Made by a program: the position numbers and the translations under genes
Shown here: one piece after another, positions 39,159-51,244 of the stretch
Layout of the letters: each line of letters starts with the position of its first letter
Numbering within the stretch: position 1 is the first letter of the stretch
Notes under the pieces: model-generated
The model's input: only the letters and a program-made list of their open reading frames with translations
The model's database searches: none
What the model was told of the DNA's origin: nothing
Assembly: GCF_004010195.1 (NCBI RefSeq)
Contig: NC_057719.1
Span: forward strand, 93,823,076 to 93,887,075
Source: Chiloscyllium plagiosum
Lineage: Eukaryota
DNA: 64,000 nt
Reading direction: 5' to 3'

Positions 39159-39450
39159 GTGGTTTTCCAGTGACCATACGAGCTATAGTGTTTTACAGTG
39201 ACCTTAAGAGCTGTAGCGGTTTTGCAGTGACCATAAGTGCTGCAGTGGTTTTACAGTGACCATAAGAGCTGTAGTGGTTTTACAGTGACCATAAGAGCTG
39301 TAGGGGTTTTGCAGTGACCATAAGAGCTGCAGTGGTTTTACAGTGACCATAAGAGCTGTTGGGGTTTAACAGTGACCATAAGAGCTGCAGTGGTTCTACA
39401 GTGACCATAAGAGCTGTTGGGGTTTTGCAGTGACCATAAGAGCTGCAGGG
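39159..39450 (+). repeat. 29-bp tandem repeat, ~10 copies, in the ERV 5' leader
   Basis: CAGTGACC at 39168, 39196, 39225, 39254, 39283, 39312, 39341, 39370, 39399, 39428; consensus CAGTGACCATAAGAGCTGYAGTGGTTTTA. Confidence 0.97.
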
Positions 39451-39742
39451 GATTCCTGCTCAGGTTAGGAGCCGGCTGCGACCAGGTAACTCTGTGCACA
39501 GACCAAGGTAAGAAATGTGATCTTTAAGTCTTACCTTGGTGATCACAACTTTAAGTGGTCGGGGAACGTACGAGAAGTACGGGGGGAATTGGCGAGATCT
39601 AAATTAAAGCATATGTCAATGGAAAATAGCCCGTGTCAGACGGGCTAATAGCTGAAGGGCTGCTGAGGGTGCACTTTGTAATTAACTTATGGCCAGACGT
39701 CTAGAAAAATAGTAAAAAGTTAGAAGACTTGTTGTGAGATAC

Positions 39743-39785
<43 letters not shown>

Positions 39786-39990
39786 TGTACAGCTAGTACA
39801 AACTTTAACCCTTTGTGATCCGGTTTGAATGCACATTTGTTTGCTGGTGATTGAATGTTAACAGTTGAAGTCTCAAAAAGCATATAATTGGTCAGATTAA
39901 TCGGATGAGTATGGTGTCTAGTCAGGATCCTGAAGGGGGTATGGAAGAAGGTGACACCGGACCTCGTTAAGATTAATTAAATTTGCAATA

Positions 39991-41315
39991 ATGGGAGGCA
40001 CGGGAAATTGCCTGTGTAACGATCTATCTGTAAATAATGCTAAAGGAGAATATATTCCGCCCGACAGTCTTCGGGGAGAATGTTGGATAATTGGGAACAC
40101 CACTCCCGGACGCGGGAGAAAGGTAAGACTACAATGCTAAAATATTGTTGTTTCGTTTGGACTAGACAAAGTATTAAGGCGCCTGTTTTTTTGGCCCAAG
40201 TATGGGTCCAATGAGGATTGGCTGTGTCAAGATTTTAATATCTATGTCAATCGAAAAGAACCTACAGCCAAAAAGAGTCCGATTATGTGGCTTGTTGGAT
40301 AGGGAGTGCAGGAGTAAAATTATGGCCCATGAATACGGAGGAATTAGGGAAAGAACAAAAGAAAAGAATGAAAAAGGGAAGCCACAATGCGATCCCTTAA
40401 TGTGTCTGCCGCCCCCTATATACTACTCCCCGGAATGAGCCTACAGCTCCCGAAGTAGAACCGAGTCCAGACATAGAAAGGGGAACGGACTCTGAACTAA
40501 AAGATGCGGATCATAGGGGGCTCAGAAACACTCGAGCCACTACACGTAAAGGCAGGGCAAAGATAATGTAAAATGTAAAATTATGTCCCTTAAGAGAGGC
40601 TCCGATTGGGGAAGGTACAATCGGATATGTAAATACTCCCTTAACTAGCAGTGAAGATAGGGTCTTTAAAATGGAAATGAAAAGTTTAACATAAATTCTC
40701 AAATATTGAGCCACATTGGAAAAATAATGAGAGAGACGATAGGGAGTCAATGTGAGATCTCAGAGAAATGGTAATATTAGGAATTAAAGAGGCAGTGCCT
40801 AGATCACAAAACTTTGTTAAGGCCTTTGAAGTACAACAAGAGAAGGATGAAACCCCTTCTGCATTTCTTCAAAGCTCGAAGAGGCCACAAGGAATTCTTC
40901 AGGAATGGATCCCGATAGTCCGGTAGCACAGGGACTCTTAAAGGTCCAGTTTGTAGCTAAATCACGGCCGGACATACAAAAAAAATTACAGAAATTAGAT
41001 AGATGGAGTGGAAGACAGATGGAAGAATTGTTACATGACGCACAGAAAGTGTATGTGAAAAGGGAAGACGAGAAGCAGAAACAGAAAGCCAAAATGATGG
41101 TGGCGGCAGTAGAAGCAATAACAAAAAGAAGAATGGGATCAAGGGATAACAGGAAAGATAGGGGAGGATACGAAAGACAAGGGTCAGATACCCGAGAAAG
41201 GAGGCAACAGGCAGGGTAGTATAGTTGCGGGAAAGTAAGGCATTTTAAACGGGAATGCCTGGAATTAGCACGAGAAAGGGAAGCCGTTTCCCTAATGACC
41301 TTAGATGAAGATTAG
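39991..41315 (+). pseudogene. gag: Provirus A gag (stops, frameshifts, capsid deletions)
   Basis: MGG start, QQEKDETPSAFL (MHR region), PDIQKKLQKLD, decayed CCHC knuckle, ends LMTLDED-TAG. Confidence 0.9.
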
Positions 41316-43887
41316 AGGAGTCAGGGGTTCCTTCTTCTTGAGACCCACCAGGAACCCTTGGCAAATCTAAACGTGGGACCGAAAGCGGAGGAGACAATAT
41401 CTTTGGTAGATACGGGAGCAGCCCGGTCATCCCTAAGTTTTAGACCTACTAGCGTTAAATTAACTAATCAAAGAATCAGGGTTTTTGGATTTTTAAAAAA
41501 TGAAGCATTTGTAGTACCAATTTTTGAGCCAACTTTAATTAAGGGAAGTAGTGAAGAAATAACAGGACAGTTCTTATATATTCCTGACCTCGGGAGCAAT
41601 TTACTGGGTAGAGATTTGATTATTAAATTAGGCCATAAACAGAGGTAGAAAATCGTAATGTGACTGTAAAAAATGCCATGTTAACACCGAGTGATGAAAA
41701 ACAAATCCATCCTGAGGTATGGACAAAAGATGGTAATCCAGGTCGGTTAAATAAGGATTATGCTGAAACAAGAAAATAAGATAGTTCGTATAAAACAATA
41801 CCCGAAATCCCTGAACGACCGCAGAGGACTACGACCAGTTATAGATTCGTTGATAAAAACTGGGTTATTGAAACCATGCATGTCACCCTTTTATACTCTG
41901 ATATTGCCTGTCAGCAAACCAGATGGAACCTATCGACGGGTGCAGGATCTTAGAGCAGTAAATCAATTGGTTCGAACACGGCACCCGGTGGTACCCAATC
42001 CATTTACTTTGTTAGGTAAAATACCGTGTGACCATCGCTGGTTTAGTATGATAGATTTAAAAGATGCACTCTGGGCTTGTCCTCTCGCCACAGAAAGCCG
42101 TGACGTGTTTGTTTTTGAATGGGAGGATCCATACACGGGTAGAAAACAGCAGTTCCGCTGGACGGTACTTCCCCAGGGATTCACAGAATCACCTAATTTA
42201 TTTGGACAAGTACTGGAGCAAGTCCTTGAACAATTTACACTGCTCAAGGGGACGATACTGTGACAATATGTGGATGATCTACTTGTATCTGGACTAAAGA
42301 GAAATGAGGTGAGCGAGGCTACAAACAGACTGTTAGATTTCCTAGGGAAACAGAGTCTAAAGGTATCCAAGAATAAGTTACAATATGTAGATAAAGAGAG
42401 GTAAAATACTTATGACACCTCATCAGTGAAGGCACGAGGAGCATTAACCCCGAAAGGATTAAATAAATAACTGAACTACCCCTACCGACCACCAAAAGAG
42501 AGTTATGGAAGTTCTTGGGGCTAGTGGGCTATTGTAGATTATGGATAGAAGCGTACGCCCAGAAAACAAAGGGGTTATATTACAAATTGGCAGAATCCGA
42601 ACATGAAAAACTACAGGAATTAAAACGAAGCTTGATACAAGCTCCCGTGTTAGCCCTCCCTTCCCTTGAGAAACCCTTCCACGTTTTTGTGACAGTAAAT
42701 AATGGAGCAGCAATAGGAGTGCTAACCCAGAAAACAGGAGGAAAGAAACAACCCATAGCCTTCCTGTCCAAAATTTTAGACCCTGTCTCGAGAGGTTGGC
42801 CTGAGTGCAGGCAGTCATGGCCACTGCCATTCTAGTAGATGAGAGCCACAAACTAATCTTCGGAGGAGCGCTTGTTGTTAGCACTCCCCATCAAGTCAGA
42901 ACAGTATTAAATCAAAAGGCAGGAAGATGGTTGACGGACTCAAGAATTCTAAAATATGAAGCTATCCTTATGGAGAGAGACGGCATGGTGTTAACAACAG
43001 ACGCTTGTTTGAATTCAGCGACCTTCATGTGGAAGGGAGAACGCCTAGACACGCAAGAAGTAGAACATGACTGTTCAGATATTATCGAGTATCAGACCAG
43101 AACAAGAGCAGAATTAAAAGATATTCCCCTACATGAAGGAGATAGGCTGTTTATAGACGGGTCGTCAAGCGTAGTACAAGGAAGAAGACATAATGGATAT
43201 GCAGTAGTAGACGGTAGTGAAAACTGCACAGTTGAGGCTGACCGGTTACATAATACGTGGTCAGCCCAAACTTGCGAATTACATGCCTTAAACCAGGCCT
43301 TAAAGTGATAAGGAAATCGGGATGGTACAATTTACACTGACGGGTGGTACATACCTTCAGTAAGATGTGGCAAGAACATGGTCTAATCAATAGCCGGGGA
43401 AAGGAATTAATACACAAAGAGTTGATAGGACAAATGTTGAAAAGTTTGGAATGACTCCAAGAAATAGTTATTGTCCATGCACCTGGGCATCAGAAGGGGA
43501 ACGCTCTAGAAGCAAGAGGAGAATTACCAACTGTAGAGTTCAATGATAAGTTTTTAAAGAATTTTATATTGTGGCGCTCGGGGTTTTTTTTTGTCTGTCC
43601 TTAGGAAGAAGGGTATGTTGACCCAGACACCTCCACTTGAGTTCGCCGTACATCGAATAGAGCCGGGTGAATGGGTCCTGATCAAAACCTGGAAAGATAC
43701 CAAACTGCACCCAAGCTGGAAGGGACAGTCCCTAACCCTCCTGACTACTGAAATAGCCATTCGAACTGTTGAAAAAGGGTGGAGTCATCACACTCGTGTT
43801 AAGGGCCCAGTGGATGTTCCTTCCCCTTCTCCAGAGTGGCAAGCTAATCTAACAGACAATCCTTTGAAAATCAAGCTGAGTAAATAA
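41316..43887 (+). pseudogene. pol: Provirus A pro-pol (integrase core deleted)
   Basis: LVDTGAARSSL protease; VQDLRAVN, WTVLPQGFTESP, QYVDDLL RT; LFIDGSS and SAQTCEL RNase H; integrase C-terminal PGEWVLIK only. Confidence 0.93.
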
Positions 43888-44022
43888 AATGGACTGAGAT
43901 AAGAGACTATTAAGTATTGGTTAAAAAAATTGTATCTCAAAACAATTGTAAGTGTTGCGTGGACTCACTCCTCCCTGGCATACAAAGGGTTAGGGAATAG
44001 ACAGATAGGGTTGTGAGCAGAA

Positions 44023-45347
44023 ATGAGTGGTCAGCTTTATATTGTTATGATAATATTGGCGCTATCTGCCAAGGTGGGTGGGAGAAATCTTTTACTGCAT
44101 TATGTCAGTAATGCAGTAAACTAAAAGGACATACTGACTGTTGGGTATATGCGGAGATCCCACACCATGGGGAATCCGGATTTCCTCTCATGATAATACC
44201 ACTTACCAAAGAAGAAGTGTACGACTTACAACAATTTGACTCGGGCTCAAATGATACAAAATGGGAATTTGAGAGGGGTAATTATAATTCTGCGGGATGG
44301 TTCACTCGACCAGCCCCGAAAACCCTGACTGCTATCGATGGCCTTAAAGTCTCCCCACTGAAAGGAGCAGGAAATACCACTTGTTTCTATAATCAGAATG
44401 ATACCGCACCCTTCCGATTTAGAAAATCATCTTGTGTCTACACCAGCCAAGCCACTGCCATGACCATTCCCCAAATATTAAACAGAATGTATTGGGTATG
44501 CGGCCTGAAGGCCTATCCATTTATTCCCGGAGAAAAATACATTTGTGTGACCGAATGTGTAACAATACATGCATGTTATGATGTTGATCAAGCAGTGTCT
44601 TAAAGCCAGAAAGGCTGGAGTGGCTGCTGCTACCTTGCCTACATATTTCCCCATTTTGAGGCTGTTAGAGAGAGCCCCAAAAATACATCTGAATAAACAG
44701 GGAGGAAGGCGGGTAACCCGGGAAAGAACCGAAGGGGATCGCCTCCTCTGGACTTTGATACCTGTGTGTGGGACCGCTCGAGCTGGAGTAGAAATACAAA
44801 AGTTGGCAGCTACTCTGGAAGAGTTGGCCAATAATATTGCCGAGGAATTGGCTGAAACCCAATCCTAAGTGGCAGCCATAACAATCCGAAATGATTGCCA
44901 CGAGATGAACGACCCTTCAGAACAGGATGGCTCTGGATTATATCCTAGCAGAGAAGGGTGCTACCTGTGCACTAATTGGAGAGGAATGTTGTACCTGAGG
45001 TCTCCTCTAACATTACTGATATCTCCAAACATGTGCGAAACAAAATCGCCAAGATTAGAGAGGCCAGTAATCGGTACCAGAACGAAAAAGAATGGAAATG
45101 GGGGAATTGGGGGGCGACTGGTTGGGGAACGTGCTTAGTCAATCTAGCTATCTATGGATTATTGATATTAGTGTGTCTGGTGGTAGGGTTCAATGTCCTA
45201 AAACGAATAATGAGCTGACTGATGACATCCCTTGGGGAAGGAACCCAAATAAATCATCAGATGCTTTTACTATCAGCAGGTGGTATGCAAAAAAGAGAAA
45301 GTCAAAGAATGCTTCTAGAGTTCGAGGGACGAACAACAAAATTGTAA
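44023..45347 (+). pseudogene. env: Provirus A gamma-type env (disrupted)
   Basis: Hydrophobic signal, DCWVY (decayed CWxC), RRVTR cleavage site, LQNRMALDYILAEKG ISD, CALIGEECC CX6CC, membrane anchor LAIYGLLILVCLVVGF. Confidence 0.9.
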
Positions 45348-46916
45348 AATGTAAGATTGTGAACCTCATCGCCAAAAGGCGTAAGAGGGCAGAACATAAG
45401 GAAATGGATTAAAGGTGAATTAGTAAGTGCAGAAACTACAGATCTTTTTAAAAAGGGGGAATTGTGGGAAATAAGAAATGTAGTTTTCTGCAGGCTATAT
45501 AGAAATATAATTGTTGTAAGTGCTAGTGGAGTGTAATTTCTGAATATGGGGGAGGGGTGAGACATTATACAAACGGTCATGGAATTCTTCTAGCATGTAA
45601 TATACTTAAGGCTAAGACTTTAATGAATATAGGGGGTCTTTTAAAGAAGTAGTTTTAAAGAAAATAGTTTAAGCTAGGAAATAACTATGGAGTGTTGTAG
45701 CTGACCACAAAAGAAGAAGTAAGGGTATTTTCACAATAAATTTTATAGTAACAAGACGAAGAATGCAGTCATCCATGGTCAGCCTGGTACCGAGATAAGG
45801 AAAGAGAAAAACAAGTGAAGTAGTTATCTTAAGTTTAGTCATAAGTAAAGGCCAAATAAGGGAATGAAATGAAATTAATGATTATGATAGGATAAGAATA
45901 GGGAAAGGGGCGGGGGAGGGGGATGTGAGCCTGCAAAACACAAACTGTATAAAATGATTGCATAACTGATATCTTTGCTCTCTTTGCCAGGCTAGCGGAG
46001 TGTCTGGACTTGCAAATTTGTAATAAATGGCTTTGTCTCCGGCTGATTTATAAGTGAGTTTTGTTTTTAACATATAATAATTACGCAATACTTTAACTTA
46101 GGCTTTATAACAAGCACAATGTGCTTTTAATATCTTCCATATTTCTCAGTGTGAGTGCTACAATATTAAAACCTGTTTGATCAGGCCAATACATTCACAA
46201 AAGACCAATATTTGTCATTGCAACATCATTTGAAAGATCACAGTCTTCTCAGACATTGAATTCAGAGAACACCAGTTACTTTACACTGCAATATTTCTCT
46301 TCATTTCTGAACATTACTCAGTGGAACAGTAAGAGGAGATACCTCATTATTCTTAAATTCATTAATAAAAGTTTTCAAATCGATTTGTTGCCAATACCTA
46401 ATAATTGTTCAATTCGGTAAGGGGTGTACATGTGGAACTATGTTTCCATATAATAACTAATGCAAGGACATTGCAATGTACAATATCTCAATCATTCTGA
46501 ATATTGCTTTTCATTTTAAACTTGGAAACCCTTTTGAGTTGATTTGATTGGAAATCACTTCAATGTTAACATTTATTGTGTTTCTAATCACAATAACAGT
46601 TGAATATTTTTCATGTGCAAAATCATTTAAATCCCCATGAATTCTTTTGAAGTACACAAAAAAACGGTTGACATCTCTCTTATTTCATTAAACAATCACA
46701 GGAAATGGTGACTTTTTCGAAATCGTACCTTTTTGGAAAGAATGAAAGTTGTCTTCTGCTGAATAGGCACATTGACTGAACAATTCATCATTTTCTTCCA
46801 ATTTACGTGTAGAGCAAAAACATTTTAATTTGCATTTCAGAAAATGAGAAACTTATGAACATATAGAATAATTGTATTCATTTTTATTTATAATGCACAG
46901 TAATCACACAATTCTG

Positions 46917-47222
46917 GGAGAAAGTGAGGACTGCAGATATTGGAGGTCAGAGATGAAAATGTGTTGCTGGAAAAGCGCAGCAGGTCAGGCAACATCCAAG
47001 GAGCAGGAGAATCGACGTTTCGGGCATGAGTCCTTCTTCAGGAATGAGGAGAGTGTGCCAAGCAGGCTAAGATAAAAGATAGGGAGGAGGGACTTGGGGG
47101 AGGGGCGTTGGAAATTTCCCTCCTCCCTATCTTTTATCTTAGCCTGCTTGGCACACTCTCCTCATTCCTGAAGAAGGGCTCATGCCCGAAACGTCGATTC
47201 TCCTGCTCCTTGGATGCTGTCC
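46917..47222. mobile_element. Penelope-derived fold-back mini-element with hammerhead motifs
   Basis: ~100-bp inverted arms; + strand motif CTGAAGA-A-GGGC(TCAT)GCCC-GAAACGTC at 47168-47195; 15-bp TSD AATCACACAATTCTG at 46902-46916 and 47223-47237. Confidence 0.93.
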
Positions 47223-49046
47223 AATCACACAATTCTGTCAAGTTGTCGTTCCACAAGTGATCATAAAATCATGTTTAATTAAGACTTTTGTTAACTCCAT
47301 CATTATTGTAAATTACTACTGAAGTTTCAGTAGATTCCACACAGTATCCAACCTTTTAATTCTTATCCAATTATCACAATAAACATCTTATTAGTGTTCA
47401 GCCCTGCCCAGCCTGGTTGGGAATGTTATGAAGGAATCTTGTGCAACTTTGGTAGTGTCTCTGCTACCAGACCAGAGGGTGCAATTTCAATTCTCACCTT
47501 GCACAGAAATGTGCCAGAGCAGTTCTGAATGTTGATTAGAAAATATCTAAGAATCGAATGAATTCCCTTTCAATTCAACATTAGATATGCTTCCATTTGT
47601 TGTTCATTCCAATAATCACAGTATCTGCTATATATTTTCTTCAGTTTACTAATAACAGAATGTATCTAATTCCACTCAATCAATATTCTTTCGAAAACAT
47701 ATGAGAATGTTGCACTCATAAAGATGAAATATGGCAAAGTAATGGTAGTCCTTGATTTTCTTTTGTTCTGAAGAGCTGAGTTCAGACTGCACATAGAACT
47801 TGATGCCTCAAAGCTTTAAATATGAGAAAAAATCAAATTCTTCTTCAGTTAAATAAACAAATGCCACTTCCTACTATATATCAATTTTTAGCTATTGATC
47901 TGTTTCTGCTTTGCGTGAAATTTGTTTTTAGTTTTACACTCACCTATTTTTATAGAGTGTAAGATTGAAATGCTGTGAAAATATCCGAGTGCATTCATTT
48001 GAAAATTGAATTTGCATATTTTTCTCTAATCTCATTTATTGCATGATGCATTATGTGTGTTTTGTTCAGCAAATCCAGTGAATACTAAAAATTGTCTAAT
48101 CTTAAGTAAGATCTTGCACACCCAGTTATCAGTCTGTTCCTAATTCATGTAAATATCTAAATTTATTGAAATCAATGTTCACACAAAACAGTGCACATAA
48201 AGCGACACAAAGATATTCATCATCAGCTGATTACTATTCAATGAAATAACCTGAGTAAGTATCTTATTGTTCCTGGGACAAATGACAACAGTAAGCATTT
48301 ATTTACTATTCTATGCAGTTAATGCAATTGGTATGTTATATTTCAATTTAGTTAACGTTGATTTATATTGTTTAAACCAATAATTCCACATTATCATGGA
48401 TATTGACTGTACTACAATAACATTGAGAAGCAAATTTTGGCCTTCTAACAATCTTTAAGCTCCTTTTTTGTTGTATGTGTACAAGAGACAATTCAAATTA
48501 TAACCATTTTATTACAAATTGAACAAACACTGCTTTTTAAATTCGTGAAATTCCTACATTTTTGCAAAAAGGTTAGTCTTCACTATATATGTCACATTAA
48601 AAAACTACTATTTCAAATCATGCGTGCTACAAAATGATTATTGCTTTCATTTCATTGTAAGAAAAGAACTGCTTTGACCATGTTGATATTTTTTGTCATT
48701 TCTATTCCAACATTATTCATCATTGTACAATAATGACAATATTATTAAGATTGCTTATATACCACATGTCATTGACTACATTGTTTGTTCGGTTTCAAGC
48801 TCACTTTCATGATCTACTATTTCTCTTCCTAATTCTGACACAATTCTTTAAAAATTGATCATAATATTAATCATATAAATCAATGTAACATATCTCTAGA
48901 ATCCAGTGGATGGAAAATCACAATTCTTGAATTACGTATATTTTTGAATTAAGAAAATAATTTTGCTCACTGAATGGCTCATTGTTCTTCAATCCATAAA
49001 GCTCGGTACTATGTTTTATTCCTCAGTTTACTGATCTTAATAAATA

Positions 49047-49180
49047 GGAGAAAGTGAGGTCTGCAGATGCTGGAGATCAAAGTTGAAACTTTATTGCTGG
49101 AACAGCACAGCAGGTCGCATCTCCTCTTCCCTGGATGCTGCCTGACCTGCTGTGCTGTTCCAGCAATAAAGTTTCGACTT
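49047..49180. mobile_element. Very short Penelope-derived fold-back element lacking the hammerhead
   Basis: Same subfamily as 16798-17019 (AGTTGAAACTTTATTGCTGG); 15-bp TSD TGATCTTAATAAATA at 49032-49046 and 49181-49195. Confidence 0.9.
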
Positions 49181-50530
49181 TGATCTTAATAAATATCCAA
49201 TCAACATCACAGCAAAGTGCTTTTGAAATATTGAATCATATTTATTCTTCATATGACAGCATTAACTATCAAGTCATTGCCATTACAATAATGGCACACT
49301 TATTTAAGAAAGTCTTTTGAACAAGTACAGTGAGATTCACATTTAGATTTAATCCATTATTTCTGAGTACTAATAGTACAGTATGAAAATGCGTTTATTT
49401 TTCAGGTCACCTACCCCACAAAGGAACCAATGACTTCCCATCCAACGTCATTGCAAATATCTGATGTTTGCTCATTTGAATGATCACGGCAATCTCAGCC
49501 TTAAAATTCAGGAAAATGTAATTACTTTTCACTGAATTAATTCCAGTTCATTTCCAGACATTGCTCAATCACTTGCAAAAAGAGATTTTTCATTATTCTT
49601 TAATGCATGGGCAGACTTTGATAATTCAATTGTTGCTGATTTATAATGATATATAATAATTATTCAATCTAGTAGGTTGTGCAAATCTTGAATTACGGCA
49701 CAGTGCATGAACTACTGTAAAGATATTGCAGTGCACAATCTCTCAATCATTGTAAATATCAATTTTTATTTTACCTGTTGAAACATATTTGAATTCATTT
49801 AATTATATTTGACTTCAATGCTCACATTTATTGTGTTTGTAACCACAATACGACTTATGGATGTTTCATGCAACAAAATTAAATGAAGAAGAATTAGCAT
49901 CTCTTTATTCTTTCATTCAACAATGGTAATAAATTTTGATTTTTTAAATTTTGAAAATTTTTGGAAAGAAGGGATGTTGTCTTCAGTTGAATGCTTGCAC
50001 TGACTCACTAATTCACAGTATCTGCTACGTATTCTTCTTGGTTTCCTATGAAAAGAAATTAACTAGTTCTGCTGGTTGTAAATTCCTGGAAAATATTTGA
50101 GAATGTTGTGGTCTTAAAGGGGAAAAGGCTAAGTGATCATAAGTCATCAGTTATTTTGTGAGAACGAGCTTGATTCAAACATTTCGAACACGCACACACA
50201 CACGTTGTTATTCTGCATTGTTAAAAGGTGGAAAACAAGTCGCTTTCTTCGGCTGTAAAATAAATATACACCACTTCCAATTATTCATTAGTCAGCTAAT
50301 TACCTACATTTGTTACTAAAAATTGCAATTCAATCTCAATATTGTTATGACCTTTGATCAAATTAAATTTCTAATTATTGTTCATTCATGAATTACCGGG
50401 AATTAGTTCTTTTTTCCATACACCTATTCGTATTGAATATAAGATTGACATGCTTTGACAATATCGGACAGTGTCATTTGAAATTTGTCTTTTCATATCT
50501 TTCACTGATTTTACTTATTGCATCAGATTA

Positions 50531-50677
50531 CACGGTGCCTCAGTGGTTAGCAATGATGCCTCACAGCGCCAGGGACCTCGGTTTGATTCCCTCCTCGGGT
50601 GACTGTCTCTGTGGACTTTGCATGTTTCCCCCCAGTCTATGTGACTTTGCTGTGGTGTCCTCCCACAATCCAAAGAT
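50531..50677 (+). mobile_element. HE1-type SINE 5' half, truncated at the ERV LTR
   Basis: CAGTGGTTAGC..GCCTCACAGCGCCAGGGACC head; same array position as the 28730 SINE. Confidence 0.85.
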
Positions 50678-51244
50678 GGTTCTTTTTTTATCCCATTGCT
50701 CCTCCCTGTTTATACCTTCCACTTCCCTAAGACCGGCACCTATTACTCCTGCTTATCTGTTGTCTTATCTGGCCTTGTCTGTGGCAAAATGCTTATTTCT
50801 GGCCTCACAAGGCCATTTGACCACATCCCGCTGTGGGCCATTGTTAGGTATATCCATTCTTCACCATTATCTACTCCATCCATCTGTGCTTTCCACAACC
50901 ACAATTGGGGTTTGTTCCTCTGTATCTGTAAAAGTGGGAAACAGATGTTTATACCTACCGCTTGTGCAAGCATATCTGGCTTAATCTACCTCCTCACAGC
51001 ACCTTATCTATTTGTCTGTAACATCTACCATTGTTTTGCAGTCACGTTTTATTCTTGCATACAATTTTAGCTAATACAAAAACAATTATGTATTTCCTCC
51101 ACATACTTTGCATTCTTGTTGACTCAGCTCTTGGCTGAAACAATTACACACTGTTGTGAGTTCATTTACCTCGCATAAGTAATTATAATTGCAGACGTAA
51201 CACTAATTTACCTACATTCCACAATTTTCCCTTTTTCTTTAATT

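Larger units (their letters stand above)
38511..46072 (+). mobile_element. Defective class-I endogenous retrovirus, provirus A (LTR-PBS-leader-gag-pro-pol-env-PPT-LTR)
   Basis: 5' LTR 38511-39001 (lacks first ~25 bp), 3' LTR 45463-46072, PPT AAAAAGGGGGAAT, all gene motifs in order. Confidence 0.95.
19915..50677. repeat. Degenerate, hierarchical AT-rich non-coding tandem array (three higher-order units built from ~1.3-kb and ~0.8-kb modules)
   Basis: Recurrent anchors: ATATCCAATCAACATC-like (20971, 25283, 27380, 31108, 32388, 49193); ATGTGGAATTA-like (21470, 25750, 27864, 31603, 32836, 46430, 49685); CAGATCCCCATTAA..GACAATATTGAAA (20617, 30767, 36090). Confidence 0.85.

Noticed and set aside
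39159..39450. CRISPR array
   Set aside because: Units are head-to-tail with no unique spacers, there are no cas genes, and the array lies in a vertebrate ERV leader
39743..39781. (TG)n(AG)n tract as a functional element
   Set aside because: Ordinary compound microsatellite
49210..49235. miR-430/427-like AAAGTGCT seed, suggesting the array is a miRNA cluster
   Set aside because: Seed not conserved in paralogous modules (AAATTGCT, AAAGTACT) and no precursor hairpin evident
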